From a virus: DNA of 64,000 bases. The translations under genes were made by a program, and so were the position numbers. The number at the start of each line of letters is the position of its first letter. Position 1 is the stretch's first letter. The DNA lies in the IMG/VR virus record IMGVR_UViG_3300011116_001125, positions 11,637 through 75,636 of that record. One strand, written 5' to 3'. This document shows, piece by piece, positions 20,386-29,786 of the stretch. The notes beneath the pieces were generated by a model, which was given only the letters and a program-made list of their open reading frames with translations, made no database searches and was not told the DNA's origin.

Positions 20386-21384
20386 ATGTCATACGTACAA
20401 GACCCACCCTACTGCATCCAAGTAGAATTAACTGAAGGATGCAACTTGGGTTGTAGCTTCTGCGGGTTGCAACACATTCGTGATAACGGTGCCAATGGCC
20501 CCGAAGATAAACACGGTAAAGCCTCCTTTATGAAGTTTTTAACCGTGGAAAATGCGGAGGTTATTGCAAGCCGTATAGCCGAAGCTAAATGGACCCCCCG
20601 TATTGAGTTTGCCATGCACGGCGAGCCAACCATGAACCCTAATTACATTGAAATTGTAGGGGTGTTCCGTAAGAATTTACCGAAAGCCAGTTTGCAGTTG
20701 ACCAGTAATGGCGGCGGGCTACTCAAAGGCCAAGGGTTCAGTAGCAATATCAACGCGCTTATGGAAGCGGGCCTGAACATACTTAGTTTAGATAACTACG
20801 ATGGCATACGTATCGTTGATAAAATTTTGCAAGGATACAATGGGCCACATCGCGTATGGAAATACCCGCAAGAAATTATGGGCAACCCTCATCGCCGCCG
20901 CAAGCCGCATGAACACGATATTGTAGTTATTCAAGATATTGAAGCCGCTACCAAAGGCAATCACAGTATACTCAGCAACCACACAGGCGGGAGCTTTCCG
21001 CTTAATGATAAAATGGCAGGGAAGCGTTGTGCAAAGCCCTTCCGTGAACTTAGCGTGCGTTGGGATGGCAACGTAGCGATGTGCTGTAACGACTGGCCCG
21101 GACGCTACAAAATCGGCAACTTGTTAGAAACAGCAATAAGTGAGCTTTGGCTAGGTGAAGCCTTCCAAGCCGCTAGACAAGCCTTGTATCATGGACAACG
21201 GACATTCACACCTTGTAAAGGTTGTGACCATGTAAGTTACCGTCCAGGATTGTTGCCTGATGCCAAGGGTAAAGAAACATTACCAAAGCCTGATGCGCAA
21301 ACGTGGGCAGTAATAGAAAAATACACAAGTGGTGAGCCTTACACTCCAAAAGTAAAAAGGCCGTGGGATGGAGTAATTAAGTGA
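20386..21384 (+). CDS. Radical SAM enzyme with SPASM/twitch domain
   Basis: CNLGCSFC motif; HGEPT; CAKPF...DGNVAMCCND...CKGC. Confidence 0.9.
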   Translation: MSYVQDPPYCIQVELTEGCNLGCSFCGLQHIRDNGANGPEDKHGKASFMKFLTVENAEVIASRIAEAKWTPRIEFAMHGEPTMNPNYIEIVGVFRKNLPKASLQLTSNGGGLLKGQGFSSNINALMEAGLNILSLDNYDGIRIVDKILQGYNGPHRVWKYPQEIMGNPHRRRKPHEHDIVVIQDIEAATKGNHSILSNHTGGSFPLNDKMAGKRCAKPFRELSVRWDGNVAMCCNDWPGRYKIGNLLETAISELWLGEAFQAARQALYHGQRTFTPCKGCDHVSYRPGLLPDAKGKETLPKPDAQTWAVIEKYTSGEPYTPKVKRPWDGVIK

Positions 21385-22343
21385 ACGTCGATCTATTTTA
21401 TCTTAGCCCTAACCCGTATGGTGGATGGGTTACCTTCACCGCGCATTTGGTTGAGGCTTTGAAAACGGTTGGTATCAAACCAAACTTGTATCGTATTAGG
21501 CCGCGCAGTGAAAAGAAACCACGGCCCTTTGGTTACGATCTGCATTACACAAACATCAGTTTGCAAGATGCTTTGCGTAGCCCGAACAAGAAGTTGATTG
21601 TAGCCGCCGCTAAAAACTTTGCGGAGGAAACTTCGGCGCTGTACTCAGCGGGTGCCGCGCTTGTAGTGCATGATCCTACCGAAATCAAAAACCTACCACC
21701 GTTAGATGGCAAGATCATTGTTATTCGGCAGATTGGTTTAACGTATCTGCCAAAAGCCGTGTTCATACGGCACCCGTATCAACGTAGGCCCGAGTATGAA
21801 ATATTCAACCGTACAACACGGGCTATCAGCACTTCGCGTATTGACTTTGACAAGCATACCGCGCTGATACTTGATGCAAATAGGTTAGTGCCCGATGAAG
21901 TTAAGTGCAGGATATATGGTTTTGAAAACCGCATCTACACACGATTTAAGATAGTACCTCATTACCCTGAATGGGAACAAAGCAAAGCGGCTTATCCCCG
22001 CAGTAAAGAAGCCGCGTTTAAGTTGCTTTCTTACGCGCAACTTGCCGTGGATATGAGCCTTATTAAAGGTGATGGCGGTGGTACTCAATACACAACACTG
22101 GAAGCATGGGATGCAGGTGCAGTTCCGGTTATCCAACGTGCGTGGCTAATGCCCAAAGATGATATGGTTGAAAACCAAAACTGTTTTGCAGTAGGTAACG
22201 CCGATGAGTTAGCCGCATTGTTATCAGACGTAGGGAATACTTCATACTTGGATAACTACCGCGAGTATGGATATAAGCAGTTGGCGCTCCACCATCCCAA
22301 GGTTATTGGTGAACGCTATAAAGCCGTTTTAGAAGCTATTTGA
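21381..22343 (+). CDS. Putative GT-B glycosyltransferase
   Basis: N-terminal YGGW; SRIDFDKH; GGTQYTTLEAWDAGAVPVI resembles the GT4 E-A-x-x-x-G-x-P-V signature. Confidence 0.6.
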   Translation: MNVDLFYLSPNPYGGWVTFTAHLVEALKTVGIKPNLYRIRPRSEKKPRPFGYDLHYTNISLQDALRSPNKKLIVAAAKNFAEETSALYSAGAALVVHDPTEIKNLPPLDGKIIVIRQIGLTYLPKAVFIRHPYQRRPEYEIFNRTTRAISTSRIDFDKHTALILDANRLVPDEVKCRIYGFENRIYTRFKIVPHYPEWEQSKAAYPRSKEAAFKLLSYAQLAVDMSLIKGDGGGTQYTTLEAWDAGAVPVIQRAWLMPKDDMVENQNCFAVGNADELAALLSDVGNTSYLDNYREYGYKQLALHHPKVIGERYKAVLEAI

Positions 22344-22360
22344 TAATAGTAGGGCATACC

Positions 22361-23350
22361 ATGTACACAATAAAGGTTAGAAACGTTTCTGAGGCCCTCT
22401 ACGTTGGTCTAGGTGCTATCAAAAGTACGGGGGCTAAAATACAAAGCCGCGCAGGTGAAACCCTTGAAATGCCTGCTCCTGTATGCACAACGTACAGTCA
22501 CCCTATGGAGCGTGTGTTGTTCTACCCGCAACGTGACGCTAACCCGTTTTTCCACTGCTTAGAAGCACTGTGGATGTTGGCAGGGCGCAACGATGTGGAG
22601 TTCCTTAAGCGTTACAACAAACGCATGGAAACATATAGCGATGGCAATGATATATTGCACGGAGCTTATGGGCACAGATGGCGTAATTGGTTTGGCATTG
22701 ACCAGTTGGATATCGCTGTAAAACGGTTGAAAAAATACCCCAACGATAGACGCACCGTCGTGCAAATGTGGGATAGTGAAAATGATTTGTATGAAGGTAA
22801 CCAGTTAAAAGATATCCCTTGTAACACGCAAATATACTTTAAGGTGCGTGAAGGGCGTTTGAACATGATGGTTACATGCCGTAGTAATGATATGATATGG
22901 GGCGCGTATGGCGCAAACGCAGTTCACTTTTCAATGTTACAAGAATACGTTGCCGCTAGAGTAGGTGTGCCCGTAGGGACGTATCACCAAGTGAGCGATA
23001 GCTTCCATGCTTATACGGACGTGCTTACTAAGTTGGATAACTTGGTTGCCGATTATGACCCCTACTATGAGTTCGATTACTTGGTGCAACCTTTGGTAAC
23101 GGATGCTGCCAAGTTTGATGAAGAACTTCGTAGGTTTTTTGATTCATCGCCACTTACACGTGTCTACCGCAATATGTTTCTTGGCAATGTAGCCGACCGT
23201 ATGCGTGCGGCCCATGCACTATGGCGCAGTGGCGATATGGACGAAGCCCTGAGTATGGCGGGTGCTATCACTGCGCCGGATTGGCGTAAGGCTTGTGTAG
23301 AATGGTTGGAACGCAGGAGAAAGAGCGATGAGCAAGACATTAGAAAATAA
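22361..23350 (+). CDS. Thymidylate synthase family, probable dUMP hydroxymethyltransferase (ATG 22361)
   Basis: GAYGHRW, DRRTVV, DIPCN (catalytic Cys), CRSNDMIWG..AN (Asn suggests dUMP), SFHAY. Confidence 0.85.
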   Translation: MYTIKVRNVSEALYVGLGAIKSTGAKIQSRAGETLEMPAPVCTTYSHPMERVLFYPQRDANPFFHCLEALWMLAGRNDVEFLKRYNKRMETYSDGNDILHGAYGHRWRNWFGIDQLDIAVKRLKKYPNDRRTVVQMWDSENDLYEGNQLKDIPCNTQIYFKVREGRLNMMVTCRSNDMIWGAYGANAVHFSMLQEYVAARVGVPVGTYHQVSDSFHAYTDVLTKLDNLVADYDPYYEFDYLVQPLVTDAAKFDEELRRFFDSSPLTRVYRNMFLGNVADRMRAAHALWRSGDMDEALSMAGAITAPDWRKACVEWLERRRKSDEQDIRK

Positions 23351-23642
23351 TTTGGCTGAGTTAGCAAAAGCCGATGTAGAAGGTTTAATGCGTGCGCAAA
23401 TCAGCTATGGCAATAGTTGGAAGCGTAGAGGTGGCGTTGGTGCGTTTATGATGTTAGCCCGTAAGTGGGACCGCATAAGCAATCAATGCAAGAAGGTTGG
23501 TTGGGATGTATTCAAAGCCATAGAAAATGACCCAAGTGATACAGGTATTTTAGATGACATACGTGACCTACGCAGATACCTTTTGTTAGTACACGAGGAA
23601 ATGCAACGTAATGGATATAAAGATCCCGGATCACTTGATTGA
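23328..23642 (+). CDS. MazG-like nucleotide-modification-associated protein
   Basis: SYGNSW...ARKWDRI...DDIRDLRRYLLL all-alpha pattern; adjacent to the TS-like gene. Confidence 0.55.
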   Translation: MSKTLENNLAELAKADVEGLMRAQISYGNSWKRRGGVGAFMMLARKWDRISNQCKKVGWDVFKAIENDPSDTGILDDIRDLRRYLLLVHEEMQRNGYKDPGSLD

Positions 23643-23740
23643 GGCCGTGTGTGAGTGTGGCAAAGAAAAGCGCACGCTCACCATGCGTAAACTAAAGAAC
23701 AAATGGCCCTTTTGTCAGTGCCGTCAAGCAATGAAAGTTT

Positions 23741-25678
23741 ATGATGAGCAACCTATGGATGAACAAGGAGTGGGTGATGCCAGAGGCATTGCCGAGCTTC
23801 TCCGACGCGGCAGAAATATCCATTGACCTTGAAACATACGACCCCCGCCTAACTACACATGGCAGTGGATGGGCACGTAAGGAAGGTGAAATTATTGGCG
23901 TTGCCGTAGCTGTTGATGGCGAGGCTATGTATGTTCCTGTGCGCCATAAAAACGGGCAGAATATTGATTGGCGACGTGTGCATTATTGGTTGAAAACAAT
24001 ATGCGGAAACCCTAACCGTGATTATGTATTTCACAACGCCATGTACGACGTTGGTTGGTTATGGTCCGAGGGTATTGAAATCAAAGGCCGCATTGTTGAT
24101 ACAATGGTTGCCGCGCCGTTAATCGATGAGAACCGTTATAGTTACTCGCTCAATGCGCTTAGTAAAGACTACTTAGGCGAAACTAAAAATGAATACCTGC
24201 TAAAAGAAGCCGCCGCTCAATTTGGCGTGAACCCAAAAGCAGGGATGCACTATCTACCCGCACAGTTCGTTGGGCCTTATGCTGAGCAAGACGCTGCCCT
24301 TACACTGAAACTATGGCAACACTTCAAAAACATTATCATTCGCGATGAGTTGCAGGATATTTTTGACCTTGAGTTGCGCGTTCTACGTGTGTGTATTGAA
24401 ATGCGTAAGAAAGGTGTGCGCGTAGATGTTGAGCGTGCCGAGCAAATAAAGCGCGATTTAGAAAAGCGTGAGCAAGCTATATTAGGTGGTTTGAAAAAGG
24501 AATATGGCGTAGCGGTCGATATCTGGGCGGCGGCGAGTATTGCCAAAGCGTTTGATGCCGTAGGCTTGGAATATGAGCGCACGGAAAAAACCAATGCGCC
24601 GAGCTTTACCAAAAACTTTCTTGCTAACCATCAACACGCACTGCCCCGAGCAGTTGTGCAAGCGCGTGAGCTCAACAAAGCACGCACTACGTTTATTGAT
24701 ACGATATTAGGCCATCAGCATAATGGGCGTATCCATGCTGAAATGCACCAGTTGCGCAGTGATGATGGCGGTACGGTTACAGGGCGATTCAGCTACAGCA
24801 ACCCGAACTTGCAACAAATTCCCGCACGTAACCAAGAAATCGGGCCACTGATACGTGGCTTGTTTTTACCCGAAGAAGGTGAGTTGTGGGGCGCGTTTGA
24901 CTACAGTAGCCAAGAACCACGCATCGTTGTTCATTATGCTTCGTTGCTTGATTTCACAGGTGCCGCAGACTTTGTTGAACAGTACGCAAAAGATGCACGC
25001 ACGGACTTCCACCAACTTGCGGCGGATATTGTTGGTGTGCCCCGCAAGAAAGCCAAAGACATCAATTTGGGTTTGTTCTATGGCATGGGGCAGAAAAAGC
25101 TAGCCGACCAGTTAGGCTTGGAGCTTGAAGATGCCAAGGAACTGTTTACCTTGTATCACAACAAAGTGCCTTTCGTGCGGCAGTTAAGTGATTACGCAAT
25201 GAACCGTGCGAATAGCAGAGGGATTATTCGTACTTTATTAGGTAGGCGTTGCCGCTTTGATATGTGGGAACCTATGAAGTACGGTTTGCACAAGCCCTTG
25301 CGTCACGCAGAAGCGTACGCGGAACATGGCCCACAGATTAAACGTGCGTTCACTTACAAAGCACTTAATCGATTAATCCAAGGCAGTGCTGCAGACCAAA
25401 CGAAGTTGGCTATGGTAACAGCGTACGAAGCTGGATACTTGCCACTGATACAAGTGCATGATGAGTTGGATTTTAGTGTGGCAAGTGAACTTGATGCAAA
25501 GCGCATCGCCGAAATAATGGAAAGCTGTGTGGGCCTTGCTGTACCGAGCGTAGTGGATGCGGAGTTCGGTCTAACATGGGGCGAAGCAAAGCAAACATTT
25601 ACCGATAAACCTTGGACCCGTGGTTTGAAGCATAACCACTCAACAATGGAAACAAACAATGATCACACAGCTGAATAG
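23741..25678 (+). CDS. polA: DNA polymerase family A with 3'-5' exonuclease domain
   Basis: SIDLET, HNAMYD, TVTGRFS..PNLQQIP, DYSSQEPR, AKDINLGLFYGMG, IQGSAAD, QVHDEL. Confidence 0.95.
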   Translation: MMSNLWMNKEWVMPEALPSFSDAAEISIDLETYDPRLTTHGSGWARKEGEIIGVAVAVDGEAMYVPVRHKNGQNIDWRRVHYWLKTICGNPNRDYVFHNAMYDVGWLWSEGIEIKGRIVDTMVAAPLIDENRYSYSLNALSKDYLGETKNEYLLKEAAAQFGVNPKAGMHYLPAQFVGPYAEQDAALTLKLWQHFKNIIIRDELQDIFDLELRVLRVCIEMRKKGVRVDVERAEQIKRDLEKREQAILGGLKKEYGVAVDIWAAASIAKAFDAVGLEYERTEKTNAPSFTKNFLANHQHALPRAVVQARELNKARTTFIDTILGHQHNGRIHAEMHQLRSDDGGTVTGRFSYSNPNLQQIPARNQEIGPLIRGLFLPEEGELWGAFDYSSQEPRIVVHYASLLDFTGAADFVEQYAKDARTDFHQLAADIVGVPRKKAKDINLGLFYGMGQKKLADQLGLELEDAKELFTLYHNKVPFVRQLSDYAMNRANSRGIIRTLLGRRCRFDMWEPMKYGLHKPLRHAEAYAEHGPQIKRAFTYKALNRLIQGSAADQTKLAMVTAYEAGYLPLIQVHDELDFSVASELDAKRIAEIMESCVGLAVPSVVDAEFGLTWGEAKQTFTDKPWTRGLKHNHSTMETNNDHTAE

Positions 25679-26183
25679 AATTTGGCATTTACGCAGGGCA
25701 GGATACATTAAGCGTTATCATACAGTGCCTACAGTTGGGGATAGTCAAACCGTGAGTGCGCATTCTTGGGGCGTTGCAACACTAATCAATGAAATATGGC
25801 CCGATGCCAGTAAGCAAGTATTACTCGCTAGTTTGTATCACGATGTTGCCGAAGTGTTGATAGGTGATACCCCTGCAACAGTGAAGTGGAAGTACGCCGA
25901 TTTTGCCGCCGCAATCGAAAAAGTAGAAAAAGAAGCGGAAGAAGAATTAGAACTGGAATTTGCGCTATCCCTGAGAGAGAAGCGCCAGTTGAAAATTGCC
26001 GATTTGTTAGAGCTGATGCTTTACGCAGGCGAACAAATAAAGATAGGAAACATGCACTTTAAAGAAGTACTGAATAACGGAAAAGAATACTTGCAAGTGA
26101 AATATGGAAATACCCCTGAGTTTAACGAAGCCTTCCCCATGTTCAACTATGCGCTAACAAGGCTTAGTCATTCTACCATGTAG
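25659..26183 (+). CDS. HD-domain 5'-deoxynucleotidase (YfbR-like)
   Basis: KRYH..QTVSAHSW, LYHDVAE..IGD.P..VK, LKIADLLE. Confidence 0.8.
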   Translation: MITQLNRIWHLRRAGYIKRYHTVPTVGDSQTVSAHSWGVATLINEIWPDASKQVLLASLYHDVAEVLIGDTPATVKWKYADFAAAIEKVEKEAEEELELEFALSLREKRQLKIADLLELMLYAGEQIKIGNMHFKEVLNNGKEYLQVKYGNTPEFNEAFPMFNYALTRLSHSTM

Positions 26184-26216
26184 GTGTTATAATTAAAGTG
26201 TTCATAGAAAGGAACA
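26165..26216 (+). promoter_or_regulatory. Promoter TAGTCA-N17-TATAAT plus AGAAAG-loop hairpin
   Basis: TGTTC-ATAGAAAG-GAACA at 26199-26216. Confidence 0.65.
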
Positions 26217-26220
26217 ACAC

Positions 26221-26682
26221 GTGAACATATTCGCCTTACACACTGATCCTGTAATTGCGGCGCAATGGCATTGCGATAAGCACGTTGTCAAAATGCCGTT
26301 AGAAACTGCTCAGATGCTTTGCACGGTGCATCACCATTACGGCTTTGATGCGCCCTATAAGCCTGCTCATGCTAACCATCCTTGTACTGTGTGGGCGGGC
26401 CAAACGATTGAAAATTACAAGTGGCTCTGGCGCTTAGGCATTGCCCTATGCGAGGAGTATACCCACCGATACAACAAAACTCATGCCTGCGAGCAAGTGT
26501 TAGCGATAGTGCGTTGCGCTCCACCTACACTCACGGCACGGGGTTACACAAAATTCGCGCAGGCCATGCCTGACGAATACAAGCACCACGATACACAAAT
26601 AGCTTATCAACAATATTATCGCGGTGCAAAATACCAGTTGGCTGTGTACACGAAACGTGAACCACCGCCGTTCATGCAATAG
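26221..26682 (+). CDS. Pyrimidine-dimer DNA glycosylase (DenV)-like protein
   Basis: MNIF.L...A..HCDKHVVKM.LE.AQML, HHPCTVW-type motif, FAQAMPD. Confidence 0.75.
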   Translation: MNIFALHTDPVIAAQWHCDKHVVKMPLETAQMLCTVHHHYGFDAPYKPAHANHPCTVWAGQTIENYKWLWRLGIALCEEYTHRYNKTHACEQVLAIVRCAPPTLTARGYTKFAQAMPDEYKHHDTQIAYQQYYRGAKYQLAVYTKREPPPFMQ

Positions 26683-26693
26683 AAAGGCATACC

Positions 26694-27191
26694 ATGCGAA
26701 AACATAAAATACCCTTTGACCGTAAACCAATGTTCCTATTGGTTGATGCTTACCGCAAAGCGGGAGGTGTTACGGAGTTAGCTGAACATCTTGAAATGAG
26801 CGATAGCGCCATATATAATTGGTTTGACGGCATTCATGCTCCTAGCTATGAAAGTATTGAGGCGTTGCGCTATTATCTGTACGGTGAGGAAGAGGCACGG
26901 CCCGCACCGAAACCTGTTAAAAAGCAAGAGTTATATGCCAAGCCTTTTGATAAACCGAACACGGTTAAAAAGGTTGTGCGTGTGGATAGGATTTTTCTTG
27001 GTGGTTCGGGCAATTTTGTTGGCTTCGGCACCGTGGAAAACTGTTCAGTGTTCATTACACCTTTATGTGTAAAGAAAATTACTGAGCACATGGGTAGTAT
27101 CTACGAAGGCGATGAGTACGAATTTGAACTCATGGTTGATATTACCAAACGCAGTGACTATATCACCCATCGTTACGTAAAACCAGTATAG
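26694..27191 (+). CDS. HTH (Cro/XRE-like) DNA-binding protein
   Basis: GGVTELAEHLEMSDSAIYNWFDG..P; RBS in ATGC-AATAGAAAG-GCAT hairpin (26674-26690). Confidence 0.65.
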   Translation: MRKHKIPFDRKPMFLLVDAYRKAGGVTELAEHLEMSDSAIYNWFDGIHAPSYESIEALRYYLYGEEEARPAPKPVKKQELYAKPFDKPNTVKKVVRVDRIFLGGSGNFVGFGTVENCSVFITPLCVKKITEHMGSIYEGDEYEFELMVDITKRSDYITHRYVKPV

Positions 27192-27205
27192 TAGGAGGAA
27201 GGACT

Positions 27206-27577
27206 ATGAACACTCGTGAAAACTTACTCAAACAAGCTAATACCGCTATCACCAACGTTGACCGTGCAGGTGGCACAGAATTATTTGTGAAAACTGCCGT
27301 TATTGCATCCGCAATGTGCGACGAAACCATTACACCCTATACGGTTTCAATTGTGCTGAGCAGTATGCAAATGGCGCTGATTTCGTGCAAACAGTTCGGG
27401 CAAGCAACTGAAGCTGATTGGGCCAATTTGGTCAAGGACATTAGCTATGCGGCTTCGTTTGCAACTAATGCACCACAAAACGTTCGTGTTTCCACCGCAG
27501 GAATGCCAAAGGTAGACTTTAACTTGGAAGACGTTGCCGTTAAAATGGCAGACCAACTTGGAGTGAATAAGGCATGA
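27206..27577 (+). CDS. Hypothetical protein (possibly degenerate DUF6378-like)
   Basis: RBS hairpin ATAGT-AGGAGGAAGG-ACTAT; weak pattern similarity only. Confidence 0.55.
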   Translation: MNTRENLLKQANTAITNVDRAGGTELFVKTAVIASAMCDETITPYTVSIVLSSMQMALISCKQFGQATEADWANLVKDISYAASFATNAPQNVRVSTAGMPKVDFNLEDVAVKMADQLGVNKA

Positions 27578-27765
27578 CCAAGGTTAAAAAAGTGAAATAC
27601 GAATTTGTAGATGTAGGTAGCCCTGCTTATCAGCGTGTGATGAAGCATGTCAGCAAAGCCCTGCGCGAAAACAAGCGCGTGGTGATGAAAATGGGAACAC
27701 GGGAAACAATTTCTAAAGCCCGTAATCCATTGGGCCATTACATCAACGTGAGTATTGAGCTTTGA
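27574..27765 (+). CDS. Small basic hypothetical protein
   Basis: ATGA overlap with the upstream stop. Confidence 0.5.
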   Translation: MTKVKKVKYEFVDVGSPAYQRVMKHVSKALRENKRVVMKMGTRETISKARNPLGHYINVSIEL

Positions 27766-27834
27766 CACCTTTAGAGGCATATGCCGCGTTAGCAGTTGTC
27801 ATGGCACTATTGGCGACTATGTTTGTTCTAATGT

Positions 27835-28074
27835 TTGTTAGAGCATACAAAACGTTTGAGAAGTAAAATGAACAGGCACGCAGATCCTTTAACCTTGGAC
27901 CATGTGATAGAGTTACGTAAGCGGATAGCCGAGTTGGAACGTCAAGTAGCTAACTTGGGTGATGCAAACGTAACGTTATGGAAAGAGAATAAAGAACTGC
28001 GTGCCGAAATTATCATGCAAACAGGAGAGCAAAATGACTGGGCAGACCTCCAAAATAGAAGATACACAGGATAA
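27835..28074 (+). CDS. Small coiled-coil hypothetical protein
   Basis: Downstream of TTGTCA-N16-TATGTT (27796-27823); start uncertain. Confidence 0.5.
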   Translation: MLEHTKRLRSKMNRHADPLTLDHVIELRKRIAELERQVANLGDANVTLWKENKELRAEIIMQTGEQNDWADLQNRRYTG

Positions 28075-28240
28075 ACGTTCGATTTATGCGCTATTTCCTG
28101 ATGAGTGTCAGCAATGTGGCAATTTCGGGCTGACCTTTACCACGAGTTCCGATTACGCAAGTGCTGTCTGTGGCGACTGTATGGTTGATTTTATTGTCAG
28201 TGCCAAAGAACAGTTGAAAAAGCAGGTGGAAAAGTAGGGC

Positions 28241-28295
28241 TTGTCTAGGGTGTATCGTGCCCTAAACTATAATTGTAACGCTCAAAGAAAGGGGC
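28241..28295 (+). promoter_or_regulatory. Promoter TTGTCT-N16-TAAACT plus AGAAAG-loop hairpin
   Basis: GCTC-AAAGAAAG-GGGC at 28280-28295. Confidence 0.65.
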
Positions 28296-28299
28296 AACC

Positions 28300-28485
28300 A
28301 TGATCAAGTTGACAAAGCCACAACGCCGAGCGCTCAAGCGTGTGTACGATAAACAGGCGATATATACCAACTACAGACAGTTTCGCAAAAGCGTGATGGG
28401 TACCATCGGCATGGATAATGCCGTCGTAGTTAATTGGGCAGGAATGTTTTTAGCTATTGAACGTGATGGGTATACGCACACATGA
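28300..28485 (+). CDS. Small hypothetical phage protein
   Basis: Own promoter and RBS; ends GMFLAIERDGYTHT. Confidence 0.65.
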   Translation: MIKLTKPQRRALKRVYDKQAIYTNYRQFRKSVMGTIGMDNAVVVNWAGMFLAIERDGYTHT

Positions 28486-28559
28486 TGTTGTTTGCAGTCG
28501 CGGTATTTATCGTTTTAGTTTACTTCCTTAGTGACTAACCAAAGGCAGGAGAAAGTGCC

Positions 28560-28820
28560 ATGAGTAATATGTTGTTAGAGTCCGCCAAAGATGCAGGGCG
28601 TAGTATGGAGTTCATTGCGGGGTATATCACTGCCCTTGAACAACGCATCCGTGCCCTTGAAAACATTATGATGCCCCTTAACGTGGATACCACCATAGTG
28701 GACAGGTTGTTGCAAATTGAACAACGTGTGGATGAGGTAGACAGAACTATTGACCAAACGGTGGATAGTTCCATTTACCATTACTTCACCAACAACAAAT
28801 TCAAGTTGGAGGCTTACTAA
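28560..28820 (+). CDS. Hypothetical coiled-coil protein
   Basis: RBS in perfect hairpin GGCA-GGAGAAAG-TGCC (28544-28559). Confidence 0.65.
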   Translation: MSNMLLESAKDAGRSMEFIAGYITALEQRIRALENIMMPLNVDTTIVDRLLQIEQRVDEVDRTIDQTVDSSIYHYFTNNKFKLEAY

Positions 28821-28822
28821 CC

Positions 28823-29110
28823 ATGAACAAAGTACTTACAGAAGTATCGGTTGTTGATGAGCCTTTGAGCAATTTTTTCCAGCCGTTTGAAAGCATCAGA
28901 ATTTTTGGAGTGGGCACTAAGGTAGTGGTACGCCGCCGCAATCCAAAGGTGCCGTACGAGAATCTATTGGGTGTTGTAGAACGTGTGAGCACCCGCAAGC
29001 TATACGTGCGTATGCTCATAACCGGAAAACTGCGTATGTTTGACAGTGAGGACTTGGAAATACTGCCCAATAAAAAACCTCCGGCAAGGAGCCAAATGCC
29101 GGAGGCTTAG
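28823..29110 (+). CDS. Hypothetical protein, possible KOW/SH3-like barrel
   Basis: GGAGG RBS; GVGTKVVV...GVVERV...YVRM...FDSEDLEIL pattern. Confidence 0.55.
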   Translation: MNKVLTEVSVVDEPLSNFFQPFESIRIFGVGTKVVVRRRNPKVPYENLLGVVERVSTRKLYVRMLITGKLRMFDSEDLEILPNKKPPARSQMPEA

Positions 29111-29437
29111 TAGGAAGGGGAGGACCACTCATGTAGGACGTAATATGTCAACCCCTTGAGCTTAACACTTTTGAGTAAGAAGGCAACATGAAAAAGAAAC
29201 GCGACCTAACCGACCGTGAGCTAAAAACTAAAGAAGAAAAAGCGCGTGAAATTGCACGTCAGCATCGCATAAGTAGTGACATGATGGTCACCAAGGGGCA
29301 ACGGCCCAAGGTCAGTTTACCAAGGTTCAGCTGGGACAAGGAGAAAGAGTGATGACTGAACTCGTTGCGTTTTTGGAAAACCATTACATCAGCCTATGGA
29401 TCTTGGCGTTTCTTTGCTCGATACACGTTGGAGTAAA

Positions 29438-29650
29438 ATGATGACTGATATCGTTGATTGGTTACGATATGTTGCTAGCGAACATAATATGTATCGTTGT
29501 GATGAAGCCGCCGACGAGATTGAGCGGCTGCGAAATGTTGTGGCATTACTGATTGAGTATGAAGAGCACGATAAAAACATCCTCAAAGGCGCGGTAATGT
29601 GGGAGGCGCTTATTGAGGCAGCACATCGCGCTTTAATGGAGAAAGAGTGA
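29438..29650 (+). CDS. Small phage protein, DIV.RLR / EAADEIERLR family
   Basis: MTDIVDWLR...CDEAADEIERLR; paralog at 29787. Confidence 0.65.
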   Translation: MMTDIVDWLRYVASEHNMYRCDEAADEIERLRNVVALLIEYEEHDKNILKGAVMWEALIEAAHRALMEKE

Positions 29651-29786
29651 TGAGTTTTCCACAATTCAATTACACGCTTGGGGAGCCAATGCCGCGACCG
29701 CCATCGATGAACAACTCGACAAAAAATAAACCGCAACGCAAAACGCAGTCAGGTGTTCCAGCGATACCGCTAAAGGAGAAAGAGTG

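Noticed and set aside
12700-28559. CsrA/RsmA sites as the explanation for the RBS hairpins
   Set aside because: Only some loops contain GGA; the invariant element is AGAAAG, so CsrA cannot explain the whole family.
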